A stretch of DNA of 63,629 nt, counting the filler, from Hausera hauseri (taxonomy: Eukaryota): NCBI GenBank assembly GCA_046269625.1. It is 12 parts of 12 records of this genome, joined end to end, with 100 filler letters (N's around TTAATTAATTAA, not from the genome) between each part and the next. Parts side by side here need not be neighbours in the genome. Positions count along the whole stretch, not along the records: positions 10,072 to 14,117 come from JBJURY010795868.1; positions 14,218 to 18,486 come from JBJURY010666107.1; positions 18,587 to 22,743 come from JBJURY010730212.1; positions 22,844 to 27,187 come from JBJURY010625886.1; 8 more parts are not named here. One strand, given 5' to 3'. The notes under the pieces were generated by a model. The model was given only the letters and a program-made list of their open reading frames with translations, was not told the DNA's origin and ran no database searches. Shown here in pieces: positions 12,831 to 25,771 of this stretch (positions within the stretch are counted from its first letter, which is position 1; each line of letters opens with the position of its first letter). The translations under genes and the position numbers were made by a program.

Positions 12831-13859
12831 AAGTGCAATACAGTTGATAAAATGTCACTTTTTCTTCCTTTAAATCCAATTACAAGAGCAATAATCGATT
12901 AACTGAACTGAAATAGACAACAGAGTAATATATCCATAGCAATTCCGTTTAAAACAATGATTTTTATTACTATATATACATATATTAGGGTTACGCCATG
13001 AATTTGTTAAATGAATTTCTTAAATATTCAAATTTCTTGAATGGATTAAATGTTAAAATCTTTACCTTAATTTTAAATCATGATTATCTTTAAAGAAAAG
13101 GTTAGATGTTTTGCATAATAGCTCAATTAATCAAATCGAAAACACCTTACACTACACAAAGTATAGTAAATTATTAAAAACAAAACTACACAAAATACAT
13201 CAGAATTGACATTAAAATATCAGTACCACACAAAGTACTGCTTGCCCAACAAAAAGTATGGAATAGAAAAAGAGTATTACCACGCAAATGACAATCTTTA
13301 AATCTTTCACTTCACCATTTTATCAAATTCAGAAAAATACCCCCATAATAAAAATAGTATATATGGTCAAACTAAAATCAGTTAACTCGCACAAAATTTT
13401 ATGGTTAGAAGATAACCCTTTTGAGCCAATTTTAATTTCGGACAATGATTCAAGTCGATAAAGTCAGATTGGACAAAGTCGATCTTGCTTAAATCAGTAT
13501 TCCAATTGTAATTGTTCTACAAAATACAATTGTTCAAATTGTCTCTTCTCGGACTCCACAAAGTTCCTGAGGTATAGGTATTCATTTTATTGTGATTTTC
13601 CATACATGGCTTCCTGTTTATTTTCCTTCGTCGAAAATAATTAAAAATCTCACTTCCACCAGTTAAGAGCGACAGCGGCTGTAACATAAGTAGGCCAAGC
13701 TATGACACACAAATTAACTAAAATCAAACCATAAAATCTAAATAATTCTTCTTTTGATTTAAACATCCTCCATACTGGAATTCTTTAAATTCATACACAG
13801 AGAATTAAAACAAGTGTCACAGCGTAAAAATACCATTTGGTCCCAATAATTAATACTAA

Positions 13860-14040
13860 ACCTAAATTTGAAATACTTTATTATTTAGGATTTAAAACAC
13901 TTAAAAATTTTCGTGCAATTTTTCAACATTACAACAGTTAAAAATTCAATCTATCACAGAAGTGAATTGATTGTTAGAAATTGGTTTGCCAAATTCCGTT
14001 CTGGAGATATGACCTTAAAAGACGAACCGAGGGCGGGACA
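13860..14040 (+). mobile_element. Mariner transposase N-terminal HTH fragment
   Basis: VRNWFAKFRSGDMTLKDEPRAG matches the mariner WF.RF..G..L.D.PR.G motif. Confidence 0.75.
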
Positions 14041-14217
14041 GTAGGGGGAAAATGGCGGTTCAAGCCCACCCCGGGGGGGGGTAATCGATAAATCGATTTT
14101 GCACATGTGCCAATCGANNNNNNNNNNNNNNNNNNNNNNNNNNNNNNNNNNNNNNNNNNNNTTAATTAATTAANNNNNNNNNNNNNNNNNNNNNNNNNNN
14201 NNNNNNNNNNNNNNNNN

Positions 14218-14448
14218 AATTTCAATGGATCAATCTCATGCAAACAGACTTGCAGTTCAGTAACTATATACAGGCTTATGAAACCCGTTGCAGCACCATG
14301 GTGGACCAGGAGCGAATTGGCAGTAAAAACCACCAACTTATGACAATAAGCTCAAAAAAGAAAGCACTTGACCCGTTCGACGACAAACATCAGTGGATTG
14401 AGAAAAACATATCTGTTGCTTAGGGACATTATTGTATACAACTGTGAT
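14218..14448 (+). pseudogene. Polinton pPolB C-terminal fragment
   Basis: RIGSKNHQLMTISSKKKALDPFDDKHQWIEKNISVA*GHY. Confidence 0.8.
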
Positions 14449-15220
14449 TATTGTCAACGATGTACATGTTAATAAATATTTCATTCTTTACTGTGTTTGT
14501 TAATAAGGTTTTTAATCATAGTAAATACGTTTTATTTACACTGTTTTCGTATTGTGAACATTTATAACATAAAAGGGTTAACATTGAAAAACATTTATTA
14601 ACGAACAAATCTAGATAAAAATATCACAAATGCACCAGTAAGAATACTACACACAAGTAAAACATTTCTCTGTCTTTTTCTAAATTCCTCTTTAAAGTTT
14701 GACATTAATATCGATCGAACAACAAGTTCTACATAATCTTCCTTTGACAAAATTATTGTTCCTCCAGTTCATTTAGAAATTGGACACAATCAACTTTCCC
14801 ACTGCATATTTCATCTGTCAATCGCTTAATTTCAGCTTCTAAATCTATTTTGTAATTCTAGGTATATAGATAATTTACGAGAACATATTTAAAAACATGC
14901 CATTTTATTTGTTGAAATAACGCCATGCTATTTGCACACGTATATTCATACCCGATCATCAAAATTAAAACAAAAATTTTTCCCGCGAAATTTAAACAAA
15001 AAATTATTTCGCGCGAAATTCAAAATTTTACACAACCTAAAAACCATGCCGTACATGTGCTTGTGTGTATCCACTTTGTGACTGTGTATCTCCTATCTCC
15101 GTCCTATTAATCGTGCATGTTGTATGAGTTTTTCTACCCCATGACTCTTCCTCGAACCACACCAATTTTTCCTCCGCGGGGAGGGGGTACTGGCGTGGTG
15201 TGCTCATATCGACCTACTAC

Positions 15221-18152
15221 ATCCCTACAATACGTCTTCCGCAGAGTAGCTATCTGAGAATCTAAGCGCATTTGTCCTTTTTCAGATGTACATTTTTTAA
15301 CTTGACTATCAATGCACCTTCAGTATTCTCTATTCCTATTCGGTCAATTTCTGATTCCTGTTCGTCTTCACTAGTTTGCTCTATTTCTATGAAAGTCGAT
15401 AGTAAGTTTTTAATTTCCTTTCGTTCTGGCCATAGCATATACGGAAGCGTATTACTTTGGATGTCTGAAACTTTTCGTTTCGTTTAATCCAGGTAGTTCC
15501 TTGTTATGAAGGGTCTTTCTAAAATAAGCATGTTGGATGATAGTTTGGATATGATTTGTTGATGTTCTATCATTGGTTTAGCCATTAATAATCCTGTAAA
15601 GGCTGAATTGGTTTGTTCATTGAAAGTTACTGAGCGACGAGGTGGCGCACTTTTTTCATCGCCATTACTTTTTTCTGCCATCTGAAAATTTTCCTCTTTC
15701 TTCTGTGGAACTACTATATGGGGGAATTTCTGAATATATTTTTCTTTCGTTTTGATGCTTAGAACATTCTGGTATTGTATTTCTATTGTATCTAAATGGG
15801 GAAGCATTTCTAATCGACGATGTATCAATTTGCCTTGAGTTATAGTCCGGTGATCGAGCATATCTGTTGTTATTATAACTCGATCTGGGAGAAGGGGTTC
15901 TATTTCGATCTTTTTGAGGATATGGACTGCGATTCCTATTGTATCCATCCGATTCTCGTCGAGGTGGAGTATAATCACGTCTTCTGTCATAATTTCCAGG
16001 TTTCTAATCGTTATGCCTACTTCTAATACCGTTTCCTGAATTGTATCTGTCTCTGCCGTCGCTTCGTCGATTATCTCTTTCTCTGCTATCATTCCTACTG
16101 AAGTTACTACAACGTTCTCGGCTATCATCTCGTCAAAACCTTTCACGACTATCATTTCGCCTATCGTTGGGATAGTTAGTTTTTAATCCTTCTGTTCGAT
16201 TAGTTAGGTATCGTATTTGATTATCATTTCGTCTATATGTGTTCACTTGATTATTTCTATTATCATAACAATTGAAATTTCAATCATTATTGTACCTTTC
16301 TCTTTTAGAAAATCGGTTTCTATTGTCATTTTTATCTTTCGAGTAGTCTCGTGATCTATCGTATCTTGTATCATTCCGCTGTCGATCATCATAGTATCCT
16401 CTATTACTTTGATATGAGTTGCCTCTTTAATTATTGTTGTAATCTCTGGATGATTCATTATAATTCCCTCTTTCTGTAGTATTGCCTCTCTGCGGTATAT
16501 TACTATCTTGTCGATTAGGACTTTGCCTTCTCGAAGGATTTCTCCGAGGTAAATTGCTACGATTTGCTACCTCTGGTCTTACTAGCAATGGTGTTGTAGC
16601 CACTGCCGCGATTTGTGTTTGATTAGTCCAGATAGGTGTTTCATCCATTCGAGTTTCCATTCATCGGGTATGTTTTATCAGTTCGTTAAAATTATTTGCT
16701 GTATGAAATTTGACTCCTTCTCGTAAAGGCGGTAAAAGCCCAAATACGAATTGCTTCATAATTATAGTCTTAAAGGTTTGTGCGTTCGGGCCAAAGTACC
16801 TATTCATTGCGGTTTTAAATCTATAGATGCTGTTAAGATTTCTTCGTTCGGTTTCAGTTTACAGTGTTGAAATTTTAGTTATCGGTTTTCTTGTATATTG
16901 ACTTGTTGATTTTGTAAAATTCTTTTCGATGTTGGGCCCAATTTTTGTCAACATATCTGGGTAGGCGTGTTATTGCCATGCTCAGATCGTTATTTACATG
17001 CACTGATAGTAAGGATATTTTTCTTGTACCATCCCAATACATAGCTGTCGCCAATGAATCGTACTCGTCTAGAAAATCCTCTAAGTCCGATACCCGTCCT
17101 TCATATTGTTGAATGCGACGGAGTATTTGATATTTCTCTTCCCTTCTTTCATTAATGTTTGGTGGGTCGTAACAGCCGTTGTTATTTATATCCCTTGGTA
17201 GACCACAGTTGCGTTCACCATGCTGAGCCAACGAATCTCTATTCTTCATTAATGACTCCATGTTGATGCTGTCGGTGTCAGAGGTTTCACAAGGTGTGGA
17301 ACTTAGTTATGCTGAAAATACTGGAGATTGTATATCTTCCAATAGTCCGTTCAGTCGAGCTATTAATTCATCTGCCCTTACTTGTTTAAGACGTTCGTTC
17401 AGTTGGTTAATATCTCTGGCCAGAACATCTGTTTGATCTCTGGTAAGGTTATGTTCTGCTTGTATCTGCTCTTGTTTGCACACTATAACTGCTACTTGGT
17501 TCTGTATTCCATTTATTCTTTGATTTGTTTGTCTTTCATTATTATCAATCTGTTCGCTGTTTCTATGTATTGCCGCTATGTTGTCAATAGTTTGCGGTTG
17601 TAAGTCATGTATTTGTCTAGTGTGAGCATCTGTATTTTGTATTATTTGATCAGTTCTTTCCTCGAGTTCATTTAAACTTATGCAATTATCATTTACTTTT
17701 TGTTCTATGCGTACAGTTTTTTCTTCGATTTTATTTAATCTCATACCGTTATTTATGCTGCCAATTTCTACTATGTCGTCTCTTCTTTATCAGAGTGTAC
17801 CTTGTGTATCTCTAATTAGCTGTCGGATGTTACCTTCCGTCTGATTTTGTCTCACTCTCAGGTCATCCACATTTACCTGGTGTATTTCGTAGCGTGTTCG
17901 ACATTCTATTTTCTGGTTAATAATTCTCTGTGCTAACTGGCGTGAGTTAGGTGCATTACGGTATTGACCTCGAGGTAGTATTTGTCGTCTATTGACTACT
18001 CGTACCCAATGATGTTGGACTGAAACGGGAGATAATTGTGTTGGGTCAATGTCAAGTAATGAATCTGTGGCTGATGCCGTACTTAGAGCATCTGAGCTAT
18101 TAGTGAGAGTAGTTTTTTCTTCATTTGAATCTACTTCGTTAATTGCAGTCAA
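15221..18152 (-). mobile_element. Decayed LTR-retrotransposon gag region (coiled coil + capsid-like + N/R/D-rich low complexity)
   Basis: Frameshifted ORF pieces, a heptad-rich segment at 17307-17744, the capsid-like IQQYEGRVSDLEDFLDEYDSLATAMYWDG..QFVFGL, and a PBS-like motif upstream. Confidence 0.7.
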
Positions 18153-18194
18153 TTGATTTTATGTTAGTCGTCCTCGGAATCGGGTATTGTATTG

Positions 18195-18208
18195 ATATCC
18201 CTGCGCCA
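18195..18208 (-). promoter_or_regulatory. Primer-binding-site-like motif TGGCGCAGGGATAT
   Basis: Follows ..GATCACA-A (LTR-type CA end), with AATAAA about 30 nt upstream, and lies just before the gag ORF. TGGCGCAG is the usual start of tRNA-Ser-type PBSs. Confidence 0.6.
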
Positions 18209-18270
18209 TTGTGATCAACAGAGACTAAATTGCTATTCATTTTATTACGCATATATGGTACAGGTTTTGT

Positions 18271-18486
18271 CTATGAGTAACTCCACATAGTACATTGCAA
18301 TAACGTGGAATGTTTTGCTACACAAGTTTTACAATGGATAATGTGTCCGCATGGTAAGTGGATCGTATCTGACTGATTTTTCTTACAGATCAAACAGGTC
18401 CAAATTGTGCTGCTAATAACTGTACATCTTTCTTCCACTTCTTCTTCCTTTTCTTTTAATGTTGAAATCAAATATTCGATTCTTTG
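18271..18486 (-). pseudogene. C3HC4 RING finger (IAP/MDM2-type) C-terminal fragment
   Basis: CLICKKNQSDTIHLPCGHIIHCKTCV..LLQC. The last Cys pair is disrupted and the 5' end is lost at the linker. Confidence 0.75.
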
Positions 18487-18586
18487 NNNNNNNNNNNNNN
18501 NNNNNNNNNNNNNNNNNNNNNNNNNNNNNNTTAATTAATTAANNNNNNNNNNNNNNNNNNNNNNNNNNNNNNNNNNNNNNNNNNNN

Positions 18587-18700
18587 GTCGTATTGACATT
18601 GGAAAACACATCTAAGCCTTCATTGTTTTTTGTAACACGTCTCGGTACAAAGGCATTTTCGTCCGTTAATATAAGCTTTATATCACTCCTTATCATTATT
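18587..18700 (-). CDS. dUTPase N-terminal fragment (truncated by contig end)
   Basis: IKLILTDENAFVPRRVTKNNEGLDVFS resembles the dUTPase N-terminus and motif 1 (P.R.T..AAGYDL). Confidence 0.55.
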
Positions 18701-19123
18701 CTTATGCCAATATTAAAATTACACGTATATTTGTACTCCATAATTGGGTTGGTGAAAGAAGAAAAAACTGTAAAACAAAAAAATTTATTGATAATTAAAA
18801 TGTGCTTCAGCTACACGCTAAATCGGGCTTTGGTACAGGCTATTCCTTGTATCCTTGCAATTCAGTATTCAGTCGACACTTTAAACCACCACCATCATCA
18901 TCGGGTACATTATACATTTTGTGACAGATAAAATCATGGGAAAGGTATTAATACCATTTCATTTTTATCATAATCAAGTCATCGATTTTCGAATTTTTTT
19001 ATAGACACATACACCTTTCTGATTGAAACTATCAGTTCGTACAGGCATGTCATCAGGACACTGTTGTGGTATTAATAGTTTGCTGTTGTTGTGCACAGTA
19101 CATTATTTTGATTCACTAAACAT

Positions 19124-19563
19124 TTATGCGGTTTTTAATTTGATTAATAATCGGTTCATAGTCCACTGTTCGAATACCAAGTACAACAATTTTCCACTAC
19201 TAAACACACTGACATAAAGTGGGCAAAACGTTATCAGTCTCAGTGCAAGAAACAGTTCGGATTCATACGTACATTCAGTGACTATTGCTAATTTGTACAA
19301 ACTGATTGTTTGGTAGTCTAACTGAGTCTTTACCGTTATTAATTGGATTTGGTCAATGACAATTCCGAATGGTAGTAGTTTACCGTTAATATCAGCTGTG
19401 ATTGGTTTGCGACAACCCATAATACGACACTTTCCCGATTGATATACAATGCATGTAAAATCCGGTGGACACTTGAGAACATACTGCCTCGGTTTCCATT
19501 GATTTAGTGAGTTAATGTCACACCACTCGCCAACATGTCCGCGATAGTTACATCAGCTAACAT
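19124..19563 (-). pseudogene. TATA-binding protein (TBP)-like gene within a Polinton
   Basis: Two TBP half-repeats: NYRGHVG..DINSL..KPRQYVLK..TCIVYQSGKCRIMGC and IQLITVKTQL..ISLYKLA..YESELFLALRL..P.YVSVFSSGKL. One frameshift near the ATG. Confidence 0.72.
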
Positions 19564-19609
19564 TATGGAAACACTTTTTATACTATAGCTATTTATATAT
19601 ATGCCATTT

Positions 19610-20225
19610 TCTAGATTGTAGGCCCCAGTGGAAGTGGCAAAACACATTGTGTGTAAACTATTGCAGAACTACCGTGACATGTTCCATTCACCTCGGTACA
19701 ATCACATATACTGACATCAGGGTGTTGGTGATGATGGTTATCCCGGTCTGACTCATCGGGAATTTTCTAAACTGAAATCGATAAAGGTAATTAATGGGTT
19801 TGATTAGAACTGGTCTGAGAGATTACGCAACGATGACGTTATTGTCATTGACGATTTATTTCACGAAGCCGCGAAACAATCGGACTTCAACAACCTGTTT
19901 AAGAAAATTGCACGACACCGTGGCGTAACGGTTATTTTCATTACAGAAAACATGTTCCACCAGGGCTGACAGCATCGAATAAGAAATCTAAACGTATACT
20001 ATTTGGTGTTGTTCAAAAATCCCCGTGATCAGACTATCATTGATTATGTTGCATGACAAGCATTTCCTCACAACCCAGCCTACTTGATAGATGCATATCA
20101 TGATGCTACGATAGAGCCACACGGACACTTGTTCATCGACTTTACACAACAGTGTCCTGATGACATGCGTGTACGAACTGATAGTTTCAATCAGAAAGGT
20201 TTATGTGTCTATAAAAAATTTGAAA
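19610..20225 (+). pseudogene. Polinton A32/FtsK-like DNA packaging ATPase
   Basis: IVGPSGSGKT (Walker A), VIVIDDL (Walker B), ARHRGVTVIFITENMF, YLVLFKNPRD and DAT.EPHGHLFIDF. Stops and frameshifts present. Confidence 0.9.
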
Positions 20226-20467
20226 ATCGATGACTTGATTATGATAAAAACGAAGAATTTCCGAAAAACAATTGTTAAACATAAACCTACCTACCATCCC
20301 GATGTTTGGCAAGAAACGTGTATCAAAACGAAGCGCCGCTACTGTCAAGCAATTAATCAATTCTGTGCTTAGAACAACAAAAGCAGCAGCTAGACGCAAA
20401 TTGCCTACACAGTGGCAACGGCTATAAACAACTACATCTCGTTAGCATCAACACGTCCACAAAAAAC

Positions 20468-20692
20468 ATGCGATTAAAACCTAGTCAGCCGTACATTATT
20501 GCTTTGCTCAAGGCACCTTCGAGACTTAAGCAAAACATGCTACGATTATTCCCGCAATTTGTAGTAGACGACGTGATGGAAATTTTGTACAATATCGTTG
20601 TGAGTCACGTTGACACTGGTAGTGGGAAGCGGAATTTACTAAAGTATCGAAAACGACTCATTGGCCTTGCCAACGCCCGTAGTTTAGTATAA
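20468..20692 (+). CDS. Conserved small Polinton/adintovirus protein
   Basis: ALLKA..LKQNML..VVDDVMEILYNIV..LLKYRKRLIGLA pattern, located between the ATPase and the integrase. Confidence 0.5.
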   Translation: MRLKPSQPYIIALLKAPSRLKQNMLRLFPQFVVDDVMEILYNIVVSHVDTGSGKRNLLKYRKRLIGLANARSLV

Positions 20693-20789
20693 ACATTGAC
20701 GGTAAATATATGATGATTCGGCAATATGCGTGCATGTTTTCATCTTTCTGTTCCATTTTACCAAATCTTTAACGTACGTTTTGTTCAAA

Positions 20790-21835
20790 TTGTTGTAATG
20801 CAAGCAGCAAAACCGACGACAACACCGATGATGGGCGACGTGTCGGATATACTGGCGTCGACAAACTGGCAAATACTGTCAAACAGAGTCGCATACAGAC
20901 CCAACGTTGCCTCGGGAAACTGTTAGCATACAGCCTAAACAAACCGACAAGAAGGCGGTTTCAAACGCGTGCATACCGTACTGTCGGTGTAAATAATGTA
21001 TAGCAAATGGATCTGATGAAAATGATTCCGTGCGCCAGCATCAACAATGGTATCGGTACGTGCTGACATGCGTTGATGTGTTTAGTTGTTTTGCACGTGC
21101 AATTGCTGTAAAATCTAAATCCGGTAAAGAGATTGCCGACGCTGTTTAGACACTGATACAACAAAAATAGCCAAAGCATTTACAAACGTATTTGGATAAG
21201 TAATACTACAACGCCCACGTTGCAGCAGTCTTGAAACGATTGGCCTAAACCACTACTCGGTTTTTTCCCAATACAAGGCTACACACGTTGAACAATTTAA
21301 TCGAACATTGCGCGGTCACCTAAACAAATTCTTTACGAAGCAAGGCAACAAACGCTGGGTCGATGTACTGCCGGATATTATTTATGCATACAATCATTCG
21401 TCACATCGTGGTATCAATGGATTACGGCCGGTTGACGTACTCGATGATTTGAACATGCGACTTTATCAAAACAACCGACGAGGTCAACAGGCAATTAAAC
21501 ATCGCCCAAAATATAAAATCGGTGCTTAAGTACGTATTTCGAAAATAAGTACGAAGCCATTTATTAAGAATTTTAATCAGAACTGGAGCGATAAGGTTTT
21601 CCGCATTTCGACAATTAACACAAAACAAACATCTGTCATGTACGTTTTAGATGATGAAAACGGCGAGGAAATACGTGGTAAATTCTACGAACAGTAACTG
21701 CAGGTACTGCCCGAGAAACCCGATGTATACTGGATTCAAGAAATTCTATGTTTACGTGGCAAAGGTTCGAATAAACAATATCTCGTCAAGTGGCAACGAT
21801 ACACTACACCGAGTTGGATATTTGTATTACAGATT
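20790..21835 (+). pseudogene. Polinton retroviral-type (RVE) integrase with C-terminal chromodomain
   Basis: QMDL, LTCVDVFSCFA.A..VKSKSG, VEQFNRTL, WVDVLPDIIYAYNHSSHRGI, KYKIG..VRISK, GKFYE..LQ and YLVKWQRY..SWI. Confidence 0.9.
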
Positions 21836-21849
21836 CAATAAGCAGCAGC

Positions 21850-22743
21850 ATCATTTACTTGGTACTTGATATTAGCAGATCATTATTACAACATGAAGAC
21901 AATGACAATACCGCTAAACAGTTTACCGTGCACTTGAACCAACCGGTCGACTTACGCCACGAAGCCTGGGAAGTGGCTTTGATGGAATTCACATTTACGT
22001 TTTCACCAATGACAATACGTCAGAATAGTGGTATTTATTTAATCCGACAAGAAACGTACCCTATTTCAAGTCGTTTGCGGACAATTCGACACAATAACCG
22101 ATATACTCTTCGCAATTATTCGTGACAATATTTCTCTGTTTATGCTTAATTTTCAAACTACCGTATGAAACTAATACATAGAAATCCCATTGAAACGCAG
22201 TGTAAATCTATAGATGATGCTCAGGCATGGGGTTTTTAATCAGTCAATGTACACTCAAGACGTCTACGGCTAGGTGGATATGTTATAGTTGGTGAAAAAT
22301 TTGACCTTTCATCCAATGCGGAATCCGATATTATAGTAAAGTGGACTAAGTTAGAATCAGTCTTCCGCTTATATCTTATACCACACGATTTATTAATGGA
22401 AACAGAACTGTAATTGTATGAATACGTCAAGAAAACGGCTACATTAGCTGTAAAGACATGTGAAATAAGCGCAAATGGTCGTATTTCGCTTACACTACAT
22501 GATAATGTGAAATATTTTGCATTTGATGAATTATTGGCTCGGAATCTGTGTTTTTCAAAACGCGAGTTTTATCAAACCATTGTTGGACGATCTATTATTT
22601 CCAAATACAAGCCACAACTCTAGAGCATTTCAAAGAATCAACATTTTAACGGACTTAACCGAATCTGTACTCGTTGGTGGAGAACGTAAACAACTACTGG
22701 CTTCTATCGAACTGGATTCTGACACGTACAAAACATCGGGTGA
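21850..22743 (+). pseudogene. Polinton minor capsid protein (penton), with a large central insert
   Basis: NTAKQFTVHLNQPVDLRHEAWEVALMEF at the N-terminus and INILTDLTESVLVGGERKQLLASI near the C-terminus. Confidence 0.75.
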
Positions 22744-23099
22744 NNNNNNNNNNNNNNNNNNNNNNNNNNNNNNNNNNNNNNNNNNNNTTAATTAATTAAN
22801 NNNNNNNNNNNNNNNNNNNNNNNNNNNNNNNNNNNNNNNNNNNATATGTATAAATGTTTGCCTTACGCATGAACAACGATAGATTATCAACCAAATATTA
22901 GACATAAGAGGGGTTCACTAAAAATGAGAATAAATTGAAAGTGTTATAACATTTTACATTTAGAATAATTATCAAGACAAAATAATTTCACATATAATTT
23001 AGATAAAGCTGTTTAAAATGCCATATTCATTGATCTTCAACAACACCGTGCCTTCGAATATAATCCAATCTAGAAACGGTATATTGNNNNNNNNNNATC

Positions 23100-25748
23100 T
23101 TTCTTAAACAAAACTTTATTCTATTCTTCAGTTGTTCGATATTTATCGCTTTGCAACCATTCTTGTAAACATCTCTTTTCAAAATACACCAAAAGTTCTC
23201 AATAGGTCTTGCTTCTGGTAGATTGGCTGAGTTGCCATCTTTTGCAACAAAAGTGATATTTTGAGACTTGAAAAACTCAAAAACTTTCTATGAGTAATGT
23301 GACGTTGCCAAATCAGGCCAGAAGACATATGGATTATTGGAATGATGGTTTTGAATAAATGGAAGCAAACGTTTCCGAATGCATTCATTAAGATAAGTAG
23401 CTTGGTTGATGGAAAGTCCACTTGGCAAAAAATATGGTCTTCATATTCCATTGGAAGATATGACCAACCACATCATGATTTTTGGCTTAAACTTTGATTG
23501 ACCTTGGTATTTCACTTGTGCAGGACAAGAAGAGATGTCACTTGTAAAGAATACACAACCTTCATTAGATGTACTATGTGATAAAGTAAAAAACTTTCAT
23601 CATCTAGGATCCAGTTATAAATTGGAAATTTGCGCAGAAGTAGGCCACAATCGGTTGTTTCAAGATGTTTTTGGGCTTCTGTTAGCTTAGGAATCTTAGT
23701 TTTCCTTCGCTTTTGAATTGTACATTTTGTTTTGACTATCTTATGTACATATGATGGTGTGATGTTGAATTTACTTGCACCTAGTCGATCTCTAGCAGAA
23801 TCTCCGTCACTCTTTTGAATCGTTCTTCATTCGTTACTTCTCGACCAAATTTTGCTTCTAAGTTGCATACATCATACCTTTGTTCCTCCCCATCTTTCTG
23901 TCTCCAACATAATTCGATTCCAAAAGTCTTTTGTAGTTCCATTCCTCCTATTATTTCTGGTGATGTCTGTCACTACTATGAAGGTTATGCGCTTCTGTAT
24001 ACCCTTGAGTTCCACATTTACGGACAGTTCACCCATGCAATCTAGGGAGCTACCATTTGCACAACGGAGCGTGATATCTGATTTCTCCAGCTAAACATCT
24101 ATAAATCTTTCAAAAATCTTCCTACTCATCACGTTCACCCGTGCTCCTGTGTCCAATAGGCAGTCTTCCCATCTATCGTGTATCTTTATTTTTATACCTG
24201 GCCGATCTTGTAGTTTATCGTACGTGATCTGTTTTTCCGACAGTCCTTCCAGGGAAAAATTCGCTCTTCATGGAGGCTCTCGTTTTGACTTTCTCTAATT
24301 CGTACTTCTTTATTTCTGTATCCATATGTTCCATTCTTTATGAACCTTTTCCTCTTTTCTTTCCTTCATTTCTTCAATACCTTGTCCCTTCCTTTGAATA
24401 TTTTGGGACACTTTGGATTAGTTTAATGTAATGTCCCTACTAGCTCCACTTCTGTCGAGGCTCTTCCTTTTGGGTGTGTCGACTCTGTGATGGATTCTTC
24501 ATAGTCCTCATCAGTATTTGCAACGTATGCATGCCTGCTGTTCGCCCTCTCTCCATATCTTTTCTGACCATACCTCGCACGTTTGAAATTGTCGGTATAC
24601 GTATTTTGTTCTCTTCTGCTCTTGTCCAATTTTGTATAGCATTATTCTTCTCTGTACCCTCTATTGTGACATCGATTGCATTTTATGTTTATGCAATTTC
24701 GTATTATGTGCCCTTGTTGACCGCACCCGCAGCATATTATGGGTTTCCTTTCCGGGCAATTTCTGTTAATGTGTCTTCTTTTCCGCAGCCAAAACATCTT
24801 GGTGCTTGTTGGAAGTTGCTTATCCGACTTGTATGCCCGTTTTTCTGGCACGACCAGCATTTCATCCTACTCTTTACCTGCGTATTGTGCAGTTTGAAAT
24901 CCCTTCTTTCCTGTATTGGTTTGGAAAATTTGTGTACCACCACATCTCGATAACTCTGTCGACCCTATCTAGTGTATTCTCTGACTGTGTTTATTTCTTC
25001 CGTCTTTCTTGCCATTTTGTGGACTTTCCTTATTTTATCTTTGATGTGTTCGACGTTTTTTTCGTCTCTGTGGTAGATTTCCTTTCTCATTTCTGGATTG
25101 TCACAACAGTGGATCATTAGTTCCTCTGTTGGAGCTTCCGCTGTTATTTTGTGACTAAGGATGCCCTTCACCAGCTGTTCGATTTTGTTGAAGTAGGCGT
25201 CCGGTTCTGCCCATTCATTTTGTAGTCCAATGCCTCCCGCAGATCTCCGCACAGCGTTGTGGGTTTTGCAAAGGCCCTTCACAACCGGTTTTGGTAACAT
25301 TTCACTTCCTGGCTCACCAAATGGTATTTTTCCTGTGCTTCGTTTTCCAATACGCACAGGACTGCCGTTTCCCGATTTGCCTCCGACATTTTTATGAAGT
25401 AGAAGTATCTCTCGCATTTTCCAATAAATGTTTCCACGTTGTCACCTTTCTGGAATTCATTTGGCATCAATTTATTCTCGAAGAAGTCTCTTGAAGCGTT
25501 GATCGCCATGTTAGTAGATCGCATCTCTACCATCCAGACCTCAACATCACTTGATGATTGTAAGATTGATTTATCCATAAGATGTTTATTATAAAAGTTT
25601 ATATAACATTTATCTCCTTCATTCGGGAAATGAACGTTATTTTTCTTCTCTTTTGAATTTCCTGATTTTCTGTTGGCTGTTTACTGAATTACCTTTTAAT
25701 TAAATTTAAACCTTAATATCCGTTTCAATTCCTCCCCACAGGGACCAT
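23100..25748 (-). mobile_element. Decayed Ty3/Gypsy element (gag with 3-4 CCHC knuckles, protease, RT remnant)
   Basis: PNEFQKGDNVETFIGKCERYF gag; CWSCQKNGH, CFGCGK and CCGCGQQGHIIRNC knuckles; CLLDTGARVNV protease (~24135-24165); PBS-like TGGTCCCTGTGGGG at ~25735-25748. Confidence 0.8.
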
Positions 25749-25771
25749 TATATCGTAATGGAATCTGTACA

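Noticed and set aside
15484-16458. Ile/Glu/Thr-rich ORFs of 223 and 71 aa
   Set aside because: Mostly off-frame translations of the low-complexity Asn/Arg/Asp-rich gag region.
18271-18741. Apparent dUTPase-RING gene cluster
   Set aside because: The two pieces lie on different contigs separated by a linker.
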